DNA of 64,000 nucleotides from Lachnospiraceae bacterium (GTDB lineage: Bacteria > Bacillota > Clostridia > Lachnospirales > Lachnospiraceae): assembly GCA_024691305.1 (NCBI GenBank), contig JAILNS010000031.1, forward strand, positions 64,657 to 128,656, written 5' to 3'. Positions 27,051-35,544 of the stretch are shown one piece after another (the first letter of the stretch is position 1; the number at the start of each line of letters is the position of its first letter). A model generated the notes under the pieces. The model was given only the letters and a program-made list of their open reading frames with translations, did no database searches and had not been told where the DNA came from. The translations under genes were made by a program, and so were the position numbers.

Positions 27051-27082
27051 CCCCTCCGAATTATTTTGGAGGGGTTGTTTGT
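27051..27082 (+). terminator. Rho-independent terminator after the MCP gene
   Basis: CCCCTCC (27051-27057) / GGAGGGG (27068-27074) followed by TTGTTTGT. Confidence 0.7.
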
Positions 27083-27133
27083 ATAAATGGGATAATCTGT
27101 TAAGTAAAATGCGTAAATGGAGAACTTACATAA

Positions 27134-30100
27134 ATGGATAAAGCGCAGCGCAAAGAACTTAAAGAACAATTCATAGCAAATAAGGACAATCGCAGAAAAA
27201 GGCTTAAGGAATATCGTAAATGGACACTTGAAAGCCTGTTCGGGGATATCACTTTCACCAAGCTCACTCCCGAGGAAAGGAGAAGGCATATAGTCAGGGC
27301 GTGCATAGTGGCAGCCATGGCGCTCATCAGTATTTTCCTGTACTGGTTTTGCTTTGTTTATTCCGATACGACCAGGGCGGCATCGGTAATGGCCTTTTTG
27401 ATGTACCTTTTACCGATATCCATCGTGACAGTCATGTACGGCTGGTACGGTGGTATGGCCTGCTTTACACCGACATTTGTTGCAGCGATGCTCATATCGC
27501 CGGGGAATGCATATTTTCTTTTTTATCACCTGGTGACTATTTATATCATTAGCTATATAAGTATCCGCAAATCGTGCAGAACGATCCTTAGGACGATCGT
27601 AGCCGGTATAATATCGGGACTTATACTGTCATGGCTTTACTATCTGATATTTGTGCTTGTTACGGCCGAATCTTTCTCACAGGCAAGTGCATCATCGCTT
27701 CTTACAAATATAACCAATATAGTGCCTCAGGCTATCCTCATATGCTTTTTTATATACTGGTTTGATTATAAGTGCAGTGACGAATTAAAGTTAAAGATCG
27801 GATGTGTTCCGTTATCTTCCAAAACTTTTGTGAGCATGGTAAGCAGATCGATAAGGTCCGGATACAGGGGACTTGCGGGTAAGATCTTTGCACTGCTTCT
27901 TATTGAAGCCATATTTATGGGCGTGGCTGCGGCGTTTTTTGCAAACAGCCTGGTTCCAAAGATGATGGAAGACTATCATGCAAACATGATGGAAGACTAT
28001 CATGCAAACATGATGGAAGGTATTGTCGTACAGGAGGGTGCGGAAGAAAACGTGACAACCTCGGATTCGGACGATTCGGCTGTGGAAGGAACAGACTCCG
28101 GGAGCGGAGCACCCATGAACGGACAAATGCCTGCCATTGGATTTAAACCTCTAACAGAAATATCTGATTTTTCCGAAGCTTTTGAAACAGCCAGAAATAC
28201 AGGCGATTACAGTAAGTTCCAGATGAACGATCAGGGTATATCTTTTGACCTTAAGCTCATAATGCTTCTTATGTGCGTGATACATCCCATAGTTTTCGTG
28301 GCCAATTATGTCGGACAGAGGCTGATAGTCAAGCCCATCATAGACATGACAGACATAATGGAGACTTTCAGTGATGATGTGGATCAGAGGGTTCTGGTTG
28401 AGAACAAACTTGCGGAACTTGACCTTCACAGTGAGGATGAGATACAGGCACTCCATGATGTCATTACCAAAATGGCTACGGAGTTAAACAGTTATATCGA
28501 TGAGATAAAGCGCGAGCAGCAGTTAAAAGAGGATCTGCGTGTAGCCAAGGCTGCATCCGAGGCCAAGAGCAATTTCTTATCTAACGTATCCCACGAGATA
28601 AGGACTCCCATCAATGCGGTTCTGGGGTTTGATGAGATGATCCTACGCGAGAGCGATGACAAGGATATACGTAAATATGCAATAGATATAAGAAACTCCG
28701 GAAAAACGTTGCTTAGCCTTATAAACGACCTTCTTGATTTCTCCAAGATAGAAGCAGGTAAAATGGAGATCATACCTACCGAATACGAACTCAGTTCAAC
28801 AATAAATGACCTGATAAATATGGTAGCGGTCAAGGCTTCTGACAAAGGACTCGATCTTAAGATCGATGTGTCATCGGATATCCCGCACAAACTTTACGGA
28901 GATGAGATCCGCATAAAACAGTGCGTGCTTAATATCTTAAATAATGCGGTTAAGTACACACCCGAAGGAAGCGTGACCATGAGTGTTTCCGGAGAACGCA
29001 TTTCCGATGAAGAGGTATCGGTAAGATTCCGTGTGGTTGATACAGGTATAGGTATCAAGGAAGAGGATCTGGTCAAACTGTATTCGCCTTTTGAAAGGAT
29101 AGAAGAGTCGAGAAACCGTACCATAGAAGGTACCGGTCTTGGAATGAGCATAGTTAAGCAGCTGCTTGATATGATGGGATCGGAACTTGAGGTATCAAGC
29201 GTGTACGGAGAGGGATCCGATTTTTCATTTAAGATCACGCAAAAAGTAATAGACTGGGAGCCTATAGGCGACTTCAACGAGACATACCAGAAATCCCTTG
29301 ACAGCATGGAGCAGTATCATGTAAGTTTCGTGGCACCGGATGCCGAGATCCTGGTCGTTGATGATACACCGATGAATCTGACCGTAATAAAGGGGCTTCT
29401 TAAGCCTACAAGAGTTAAGGTTGATACGGCAACCAGCGGTTCAGAGAGTCTGGATAAGGTTAAAAATAAGACTTATGACATCATTTTCATGGATCAGCGT
29501 ATGCCGCAGATGGACGGAACAGAGACGCTTCATGCGATGGAAGCCATGTCCGAAGATGAGAACAAGAGCCATGCTACTCCTGTCATATGCCTTACAGCGA
29601 ATGTTCTTCCCGGAGCTAAGGAAGGCTTTATCAAAGAAGGGTTTGCGGATTTCCTGGGTAAGCCGGTTGACGCCGTGAAACTTGAGAAGATGATCGCCGA
29701 CTATCTGCCGGGTGATAAGCTGCTCGATCCCGATAAATATGCTGCAGAAAACGGAGAGGGTCTGGCTGGTGGTGATGCGGCGGCTTCTGAATTCTTAAAG
29801 ACATATTCCGAAATAGACGGTATAGATGCAAAAGCGGCACTTGCAAACTGCATGAACGAGGAAATCCTAAAAGAAGCCGTAGGTGATTTTATGGTCGCCC
29901 TAAAGACCGGCCCCGATCAGATAGAGCAGCTCTGGAAAGAAGAAAACCTGCGTGAATATACGATCAAGGTACATGCACTTAAGAGTTCCGCAAGACTTAT
30001 CGGTGCTCTGGGGCTTAGTGAACTTGCCGCAAATCTAGAAAAAGCCGGGGATGCGGAAGATAAAGAGATCATAAACAAAGATACTCCGAAGCTTTTATCG

Positions 30101-30376
30101 GATTATCGTGACTATGCGACCAAACTGTCTGTGTTGTATAATGATAAAGCGGATGAACAAACAGATGATCGCGAGGTCATTCCGGTTGATTCTCTAAACG
30201 AAGCGTATATGGCTTTGAAGGAGGCTGTAAGCGCTTTCGATTTTGACACCGCGGATGAGATAATGGGTATGCTTAAAGATTACCGGATGCCCGAAGGCGA
30301 GCAGGAGCGGTATGAACGTCTTAAAGATATGGTCACTGCACTGGACAGAGACGGCATATTAAAGGAAGGATCGTAA
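27134..30376 (+). CDS. Hybrid sensor histidine kinase (multi-TM sensor, HisKA, HATPase_c, REC, Hpt)
   Basis: H-box FLSNVSHEIRTPINAV. G-boxes DTGIGI and GTGLGMSIV. REC (VVDDTPMN…FMDQRMPQMDG…CLTAN…LGKP). Hpt (HALKSSARLIGALGLSELAANLEKA). Confidence 0.9.
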   Translation: MDKAQRKELKEQFIANKDNRRKRLKEYRKWTLESLFGDITFTKLTPEERRRHIVRACIVAAMALISIFLYWFCFVYSDTTRAASVMAFLMYLLPISIVTVMYGWYGGMACFTPTFVAAMLISPGNAYFLFYHLVTIYIISYISIRKSCRTILRTIVAGIISGLILSWLYYLIFVLVTAESFSQASASSLLTNITNIVPQAILICFFIYWFDYKCSDELKLKIGCVPLSSKTFVSMVSRSIRSGYRGLAGKIFALLLIEAIFMGVAAAFFANSLVPKMMEDYHANMMEDYHANMMEGIVVQEGAEENVTTSDSDDSAVEGTDSGSGAPMNGQMPAIGFKPLTEISDFSEAFETARNTGDYSKFQMNDQGISFDLKLIMLLMCVIHPIVFVANYVGQRLIVKPIIDMTDIMETFSDDVDQRVLVENKLAELDLHSEDEIQALHDVITKMATELNSYIDEIKREQQLKEDLRVAKAASEAKSNFLSNVSHEIRTPINAVLGFDEMILRESDDKDIRKYAIDIRNSGKTLLSLINDLLDFSKIEAGKMEIIPTEYELSSTINDLINMVAVKASDKGLDLKIDVSSDIPHKLYGDEIRIKQCVLNILNNAVKYTPEGSVTMSVSGERISDEEVSVRFRVVDTGIGIKEEDLVKLYSPFERIEESRNRTIEGTGLGMSIVKQLLDMMGSELEVSSVYGEGSDFSFKITQKVIDWEPIGDFNETYQKSLDSMEQYHVSFVAPDAEILVVDDTPMNLTVIKGLLKPTRVKVDTATSGSESLDKVKNKTYDIIFMDQRMPQMDGTETLHAMEAMSEDENKSHATPVICLTANVLPGAKEGFIKEGFADFLGKPVDAVKLEKMIADYLPGDKLLDPDKYAAENGEGLAGGDAAASEFLKTYSEIDGIDAKAALANCMNEEILKEAVGDFMVALKTGPDQIEQLWKEENLREYTIKVHALKSSARLIGALGLSELAANLEKAGDAEDKEIINKDTPKLLSDYRDYATKLSVLYNDKADEQTDDREVIPVDSLNEAYMALKEAVSAFDFDTADEIMGMLKDYRMPEGEQERYERLKDMVTALDRDGILKEGS
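27962..28019 (+). repeat. In-frame 24-bp perfect tandem duplication (MMEDYHAN x ~2.5) in the kinase sensor region
   Basis: ATGATGGAAGACTATCATGCAAAC occurs at 27962-27985 and again, identical, at 27986-28009, with a partial third copy to 28019. Confidence 0.95.
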
Positions 30377-31134
30377 TGGATAAAAAAGTACTGATCATAG
30401 GCGAGAACGGTTTTATGATGAATGCCATCATAAACGGCCTGAAAAAAGAAGATTATGATGTTGAACAGGCAGAGGCAAAAGTCAATGTCATAAGCAAGAT
30501 AGAAGAACTGCCCAAGCTTATAGTTTTGTATCTTGATGCGGATATAACCGGAGACAATGAGTTTTTGGTATATCTCAAAGACCATGTACTTGAGAATGAG
30601 ATAGAACTGTTTGTTGTGGGAAATGATCTTGAGATCGAGGATGTAACAAAGATACTTCCTGAGAATGTACTTAAGCATGTGATGACAAGACCTCTTAATG
30701 TCAAGGATCTTGCAATCGAACTCGATAAGGCCGTAGAAGCAGGAAATTCGATCGAAGCACGCAAAAAGATCCTCATAGTCGATGATGATCCTACGATGCT
30801 CAGGATGATCAAGACACTGTTAAGTTCAAGTTACCGCGTGTATGTAGCAAATTCCGGCATGAACGCCATAACCTTTCTTGCAAATAATAAGGTCGACCTG
30901 ATACTGCTCGATTATGAGATGCCTGTTATCTCGGGAGCCAAGGTACTTGAGATGATCAGGAGCGAAGTATCCACTGCGTCCATCCCCGTGATGTTTCTTA
31001 CTTCCAAGAATGACAAGGAAAGCGTTATGCAGGTACTTGCCCTTAAGCCTGAAAAATATCTGCTTAAGACGATGCCCCCTGCCGAATGGCTTAAGAATAT
31101 CGATGAGTATTTTGAAATGCATTTAGGAGACTGA
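30376..31134 (+). CDS. Output-less response regulator: degenerate receiver + canonical receiver
   Basis: The start ATG overlaps the kinase stop (TAATG). The C-terminal REC is intact (IVDDDPTM…LLDYEMPVISG…FLTSK…LLKT). The N-terminal REC-like half has lost the acidic pocket (IIGENG) and the conserved T/K. Confidence 0.85.
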   Translation: MDKKVLIIGENGFMMNAIINGLKKEDYDVEQAEAKVNVISKIEELPKLIVLYLDADITGDNEFLVYLKDHVLENEIELFVVGNDLEIEDVTKILPENVLKHVMTRPLNVKDLAIELDKAVEAGNSIEARKKILIVDDDPTMLRMIKTLLSSSYRVYVANSGMNAITFLANNKVDLILLDYEMPVISGAKVLEMIRSEVSTASIPVMFLTSKNDKESVMQVLALKPEKYLLKTMPPAEWLKNIDEYFEMHLGD

Positions 31135-31135
31135 T

Positions 31136-31921
31136 ATGACTCATTCCGAGCGACGTATATGGCTTATAGATTATCTTAGAAACGAAGCGGGTGAAAAAGA
31201 CGATATGAAGATCCCACTGGACGAGCAGAAGCAGAAAGATATGCTCCGGGCGTTTATGAATGTGCGTGAACCCAAGCCCATCAGCGATGAATTCATACGT
31301 ATTCAGGATGAATATTTAAGTACGGAAAATGAGAATGCGGGAATTACGGATGTGGAGGATCTTACACCTTTTGGAAAGGATGAAAGGATCATACTCTGGC
31401 AGGGAGATATCACGACACTTCGCGCCGATGCCATCGTAAATGCCGCTAATTCGCAGATGCTCGGCTGCTTTATACCGCTTCATAACTGCATAGATAATGC
31501 GATCCATTCAAAGAGCGGAGTCCAGCTTCGACTTAAATGTAAAGAACTGATGGATAAGCAGGGGTATGAGGAACCCGTGGGCGGAGCAAAGATAACACCC
31601 GGATACAATCTGCCCTGTGAATATATAATCCATACCGTAGGACCGATGGTTTCGGATGAACTGGAAGACGAGCATAAGGAACAGCTTGCAAGGAGTTACA
31701 GGACATGCCTTGAAGTGGCAGACATATATGAGCTTAAGAGCATAGTTTTTTGCTGCATATCCACGGGAGTCTTCGGGTTCCCCAATAAAGAAGCGGCAAA
31801 GATCGCAGTCTCGACGGTGAGGGACTACTTAAAGAATACCAAGACAACCTTGGAAAAAGTGGTCTTTAACGTATTCAAAGATGAAGACAGGGAGATTTAT
31901 ACATATTTGTTGGGACGGTAG
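31136..31921 (+). CDS. Macrodomain protein (protein-ADP-ribose / O-acetyl-ADP-ribose hydrolase type) with an ~80-aa N-terminal helical extension
   Basis: ILWQGDITTLRADAIVNAANSQMLGC…NCIDNAIHSKSG…IIHTVGP…CCISTGVFGFP are macro-domain signatures. The start lies 1 nt after the regulator's stop. Confidence 0.85.
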   Translation: MTHSERRIWLIDYLRNEAGEKDDMKIPLDEQKQKDMLRAFMNVREPKPISDEFIRIQDEYLSTENENAGITDVEDLTPFGKDERIILWQGDITTLRADAIVNAANSQMLGCFIPLHNCIDNAIHSKSGVQLRLKCKELMDKQGYEEPVGGAKITPGYNLPCEYIIHTVGPMVSDELEDEHKEQLARSYRTCLEVADIYELKSIVFCCISTGVFGFPNKEAAKIAVSTVRDYLKNTKTTLEKVVFNVFKDEDREIYTYLLGR

Positions 31922-31935
31922 AAGTTAATCGCTGA

Positions 31936-31982
31936 ATTATGTAAACCAATAAGACGCATTGACCATCACATTATGTAAACCA
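31936..31982 (+). repeat. Two perfect 13-bp direct repeats ATTATGTAAACCA just upstream of the next gene (possible operator)
   Basis: Copies at 31936-31948 and 31970-31982 (34-bp period). The second ends 7 nt before ATG 31990. Confidence 0.6.
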
Positions 31983-31989
31983 TTATTAT

Positions 31990-33612
31990 ATGAAAGAGAA
32001 ACCATTAATATTAAAAAATAAGATATATCTGTACCTGACCGAATTCTTCGCAGGTATGAGTGTTATGGCGGTTGAACTTGGAGCAAGCCGTTTGCTTGCT
32101 CCATATTTTAGTTCCTCACAGATAGTGTGGACTATAATCATTGGGACCATCATGATCGCGATGGCTCTCGGAAACATATACGGCGGAAGAAGCGCCGACA
32201 AGGATCCCGATCCCGACAGGCTTTACAGACGCATCGTTGTAGCGGGCCTTTGGATCGCACTTATTCCGGTTGTCGGCAAATACATAATCATCGGTATCGC
32301 GGGTGTCCTGATCTTTGCGGTAAACAATAATTTCCTTATCATAGCTGCATTCGCCGCTTGTATGGTGATCTTTGTATATCCTCTTTTTCTGCTGGGTACC
32401 GTGACTCCGTCTCTTGTAAAATATACCGTGGACAGCCTGGATGACAGCGGCAAGACCGTGGGAATGCTCGGGGCATTTAACACGATCGGAAGCATAATCG
32501 GTACATTCGTGCCTACATTTATCAGTATCCCGGCAGTCGGGACATCGGTGACGTTTCTTATCTTCGCGGGGATCCTCCTCGTTCTTGCACTTGTTTATTT
32601 TGTGAGTGCCCATATGAGCAAAAAGGGCATTATCAAGGCGGCCGTAACCGGAGTGATATATCTTTTTTGCATCATATTCGGTCACAGTTCGAGCTTTGCT
32701 TTTTGGCAAAATGATCTTACAGTTGAGGATGAGTCCGTATATAACTATCTCCAGGTCTATGAATCCGGAAACAGGGTAGTGCTTTCGACGAATGTGCTGT
32801 TTGGAGTGCAGTCGGTTTATCTTAAGGATGAGGGCCTCACGGGGATGTATTATGACTACGCCATGGCGGCTCCTCTTATGGCCGGATTTTATGAGAAAGA
32901 TTCTCCCATGAGCATGCTGATACTCGGCATGGGAACCGGTACTTATGCGACACAGTGTAACCGGTATTTCGGTGAGATGGATATAGAAGGCGTTGAGATC
33001 GACCAGAAGATCACGGACCTCGCCAGAGAGTATTTTGAGCTCGACGATTCCGTGCCGGTGACCACTTATGACGGGCGCGCTTATCTTAATGCGATAGATG
33101 AGAAGTATGACGTGATCATGGTAGATGCATATCAGGATATCACGATCCCGTTTCAGATGTCTTCGGTCGAGTTTTTCACACTTGTAAAAGACCATTTGAA
33201 TCCGGGCGGAGTCATGGTGGTAAATATGAATATGCGCGGGTCGAGTGAAGGAAGCATCAACGATTATCTGGCTGATACGATATCGTCGGTGTTTAGCGAG
33301 GTTTATACTGTGGACGTATCAGGATCTACGAATCGTGAGCTTTTTGCATCGGATGATCATGATATCCTAAATAAGATGCAGACCGGTATTGCATGTGAGA
33401 ATAATGAAGAACTGAATGCAATGATGAACCATATATATGAGAATCTGGTTCCTTATGCAGCCGGAAAGAGAGTTATGACGGATGACAAGGCTCCGGTAGA
33501 ACTCCTGGGTATGCGTGTGATAGATGAACTTATCCAGGGCGAGGTGGCATATTATAAGAATATTTATGACGAGCAGGGGATAAAAGGTATTTTATCGCTT
33601 ATATCGGGTTAA
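31990..33612 (+). CDS. Membrane-fused spermidine-synthase-like (aminopropyl/methyltransferase-fold) protein
   Basis: ~7 N-terminal TM helices, then a Rossmann domain LILGMGTGTYA…IEGVEID…YDVIMVDAY…PGGVMVVN typical of spermidine-synthase-like proteins. Confidence 0.75.
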   Translation: MKEKPLILKNKIYLYLTEFFAGMSVMAVELGASRLLAPYFSSSQIVWTIIIGTIMIAMALGNIYGGRSADKDPDPDRLYRRIVVAGLWIALIPVVGKYIIIGIAGVLIFAVNNNFLIIAAFAACMVIFVYPLFLLGTVTPSLVKYTVDSLDDSGKTVGMLGAFNTIGSIIGTFVPTFISIPAVGTSVTFLIFAGILLVLALVYFVSAHMSKKGIIKAAVTGVIYLFCIIFGHSSSFAFWQNDLTVEDESVYNYLQVYESGNRVVLSTNVLFGVQSVYLKDEGLTGMYYDYAMAAPLMAGFYEKDSPMSMLILGMGTGTYATQCNRYFGEMDIEGVEIDQKITDLAREYFELDDSVPVTTYDGRAYLNAIDEKYDVIMVDAYQDITIPFQMSSVEFFTLVKDHLNPGGVMVVNMNMRGSSEGSINDYLADTISSVFSEVYTVDVSGSTNRELFASDDHDILNKMQTGIACENNEELNAMMNHIYENLVPYAAGKRVMTDDKAPVELLGMRVIDELIQGEVAYYKNIYDEQGIKGILSLISG

Positions 33613-33750
33613 GTTTTTGGGATTACAGGCCGATATATAATCAGAGGTATATGTATTACTGCAGACAATAACATATGATCGCTGCGGACAACGGAGTGTT
33701 TGCGGTGCATATCACAGGGTATGCGTTTTTAGTAACAAGGAGGTTATCGT

Positions 33751-35028
33751 ATGAGCAATATTTCTTTTGATCCCTATCAGGGAGTGCCGGGAAGGGTTCA
33801 ATCCGATCGTAAACCGGGCATTGATCACAAACAGCAGGAAGTTAAAACCGAAGGATCATATTGGAGCAAAGAGGCGGGAAGTGTTTCTTTTTCTCAGGAA
33901 AGATACTTAAGAGCCGACGCTTACGGAAGGCAGGGCCAGGCCGTAACAAACGGTACCTATGAAGATGAGTCCGCAAAGGCCGGGCGCTACGCGGATGAAG
34001 CTGCTAAGGCCGGGCGCTACGCGGATGAAACTGCTAAGGCCGGACACTACGCGGATGAAGCTGCTAAGGCCGGGCGCTACGCGGATGAAGCTGTGAAATA
34101 TGAATATTACAGTCCCGAGTCGGTTAATGATGCGCTTAAGAAGGCATGGAACAGTTTCAGACCTTCGATCACCGACCATGCAGACTATGGACGGGTGATC
34201 GGTGAAGTTTCACTGTCCGAAACGGCTGCTTCGTATTATAAAGAGCTTAAGAGTAAGTTCGGAAATCTTGATTTTGTACTCGTGGGCAAGGATTCCCTTG
34301 CAGCTGCCAAATCCAATGCGGCAAGTTACGGAAATGCCAATAAAATGGTCGTACTTATCGATGAAGAGAAACTTGAACGCATGGCTACAGACGAGAATTT
34401 CCGTAAGAAATATGAGACACTTATATCACAGGCTCAGTCCAAAGGAAGCGAACTTAGCCAGATAGCCGCACAGAATCCTTATATCAAAAAGATCGGTATG
34501 AAGGATAACGGTGATGGCACGACATCTTTCATGGCAGCATGTGCGAAGGGTAATGCCGAGGCATCGGAGCGTGTAGCAAGGAGACGTGCAGAGAGAAAGG
34601 CCGAGAAGAAGGCTTCCGAGGCAAAAGCCGAGAAGAAGCATGCAAAGGAAGTACGCGAAGAAAAGATCGAGAGTAAACGTGCACAGGAAAGAGCTAAGCG
34701 AGATGAGTTCATAGAAGAGAGCCGCGAGAATGCTCATGAGCGTATGGAAGAGCGTGAATTCGACCGCGATAGGATGCCTGATCGTTACCACGATGAGTGG
34801 TTTGAAAAGAGTGTAATAGACGAAGACGGTTTTGATAAGTATCTTAACAACGATGACTATGAGATCATAACCGCAGACAGCATGGAAGAACTGGTTTCCA
34901 AACTCAAAGCATACAATGAGAGCATGGGATTTGGGGTCAGCGCTGAGGCCGGTGTTTCGGCTGGGGTTTCGAGTGGAGATTCTGTAGGCACTTCGGCTGG
35001 TGGAGTCCATATGGATTTTAGAGCGTAA
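33751..35028 (+). CDS. Hypothetical cytoplasmic repeat protein (charged, no signal peptide)
   Basis: SD AAGGAGG upstream. Contains DE(A/S/T)AKAG(R/H)YA decapeptide repeats and a Lys/Glu/Arg-rich helical segment. No motif I can assign with confidence. Confidence 0.7.
   Translation: MSNISFDPYQGVPGRVQSDRKPGIDHKQQEVKTEGSYWSKEAGSVSFSQERYLRADAYGRQGQAVTNGTYEDESAKAGRYADEAAKAGRYADETAKAGHYADEAAKAGRYADEAVKYEYYSPESVNDALKKAWNSFRPSITDHADYGRVIGEVSLSETAASYYKELKSKFGNLDFVLVGKDSLAAAKSNAASYGNANKMVVLIDEEKLERMATDENFRKKYETLISQAQSKGSELSQIAAQNPYIKKIGMKDNGDGTTSFMAACAKGNAEASERVARRRAERKAEKKASEAKAEKKHAKEVREEKIESKRAQERAKRDEFIEESRENAHERMEEREFDRDRMPDRYHDEWFEKSVIDEDGFDKYLNNDDYEIITADSMEELVSKLKAYNESMGFGVSAEAGVSAGVSSGDSVGTSAGGVHMDFRA
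33964..34104 (+). repeat. In-frame 30-bp tandem repeat x ~4.5 (DEAAKAGRYA)
   Basis: Units start at 33964, 33994, 34024 and 34054, with a partial unit at 34084. Copies 2 and 4 are identical. Confidence 0.95.
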
Positions 35029-35043
35029 GGTACATCGTAAGGC

Positions 35044-35445
35044 ACAACGGTAATAGAGAAATCTTGAATTTTCGATGTTGTTTTTGAGACTTGATTGGGT
35101 GGGAACATCGATAATAGCGGAATCTTTTAGTATCGATGTCTATTTTTGAAACTAAATTGAGAGCGAACATCGAGAATAAGCAGGACATGAATTTCCGATG
35201 TAAAATCATATGTAAATCAAGTCGGAAATAACCAAGATATGAAGGAAAATACATCGGGATTAGTAAAAAAAGCTTATCCCGATGTATTTATTATTGGGAA
35301 GCGAGTGTAGAGAACAGCGGGATTAGTAAAAAAAAGCTGATCCCGCTGTATTTATTATTGGGAAGCGAGTGTAGAGAACAGCGGGATTAGTAAAAAAGCT
35401 TATCCCGCTGTATTTATTATCGGGGTCTGAGTGTATTGAATACAG
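35044..35445 (+). repeat. Intergenic array of six tandem hairpin modules (~61-84 nt period)
   Basis: Units start at 35044, 35105, 35167, 35251, 35314 and 35378. Each begins ACA(A/T/G)CG…, forms a stem (for example ACATCGATA/TATCGATGT, ACATCGGGAT/ATCCCGATGT, ACAGCGGGAT/ATCCCGCTGT) and, except for unit C (tail AAAATCAT), is followed by a T-rich tail. The last three units are near-identical. Confidence 0.85.
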
Positions 35446-35528
35446 AAATAGTTCGGAAGGGTTATGTATGCAATCGGTGCATACATCGTGCATTTGGGGG
35501 ATATTTTTATTCTCTGAATCGTTTTATG

Positions 35529-35537
35529 TGTTATACT
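35529..35537 (+). promoter_or_regulatory. Extended -10 element TGtTATACT immediately upstream of the next ATG (possible leaderless mRNA)
   Basis: TATACT at 35532-35537 and ATG at 35545, a 7-nt gap. No Shine-Dalgarno sequence lies between them. Confidence 0.4.
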
Positions 35538-35544
35538 ATTGCGT

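Noticed and set aside
32116-33195. A 359-aa ORF on the minus strand, with many other 60-230-aa minus-strand ORFs throughout the window (for example 8075-8716, 8990-9628, 22436-23038, 24223-24924, 39503-40075).
   Set aside because: Each lies antisense inside a + strand gene that has clear family motifs. Their translations are low-complexity (His/Arg/Ser/Cys/Ile-rich), with no recognisable motif, RBS or promoter. They are shadow ORFs typical of this codon usage.
35044-35445. I considered a CRISPR array for the intergenic repeats.
   Set aside because: The spacers between hairpins are themselves repeated (identical in units D-F). Unit lengths and repeat sequences drift. There are no cas genes or leader in the window. 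It is a tandem repeat of a hairpin module, not repeat-spacer architecture.
35471-35492. AATCGGTGCATACATCGTGCA upstream of the Big_2/TPR protein gene. It resembles part of the LytTR-type repeat (CATACATCTCGTGCG at 146-159).
   Set aside because: The half-sites are only ~13 nt apart rather than ~21. The match lacks two bases of the repeat core. The 31-nt distance to the -10 is not reproduced. I treat it as chance similarity unless a genome-wide motif scan says otherwise.
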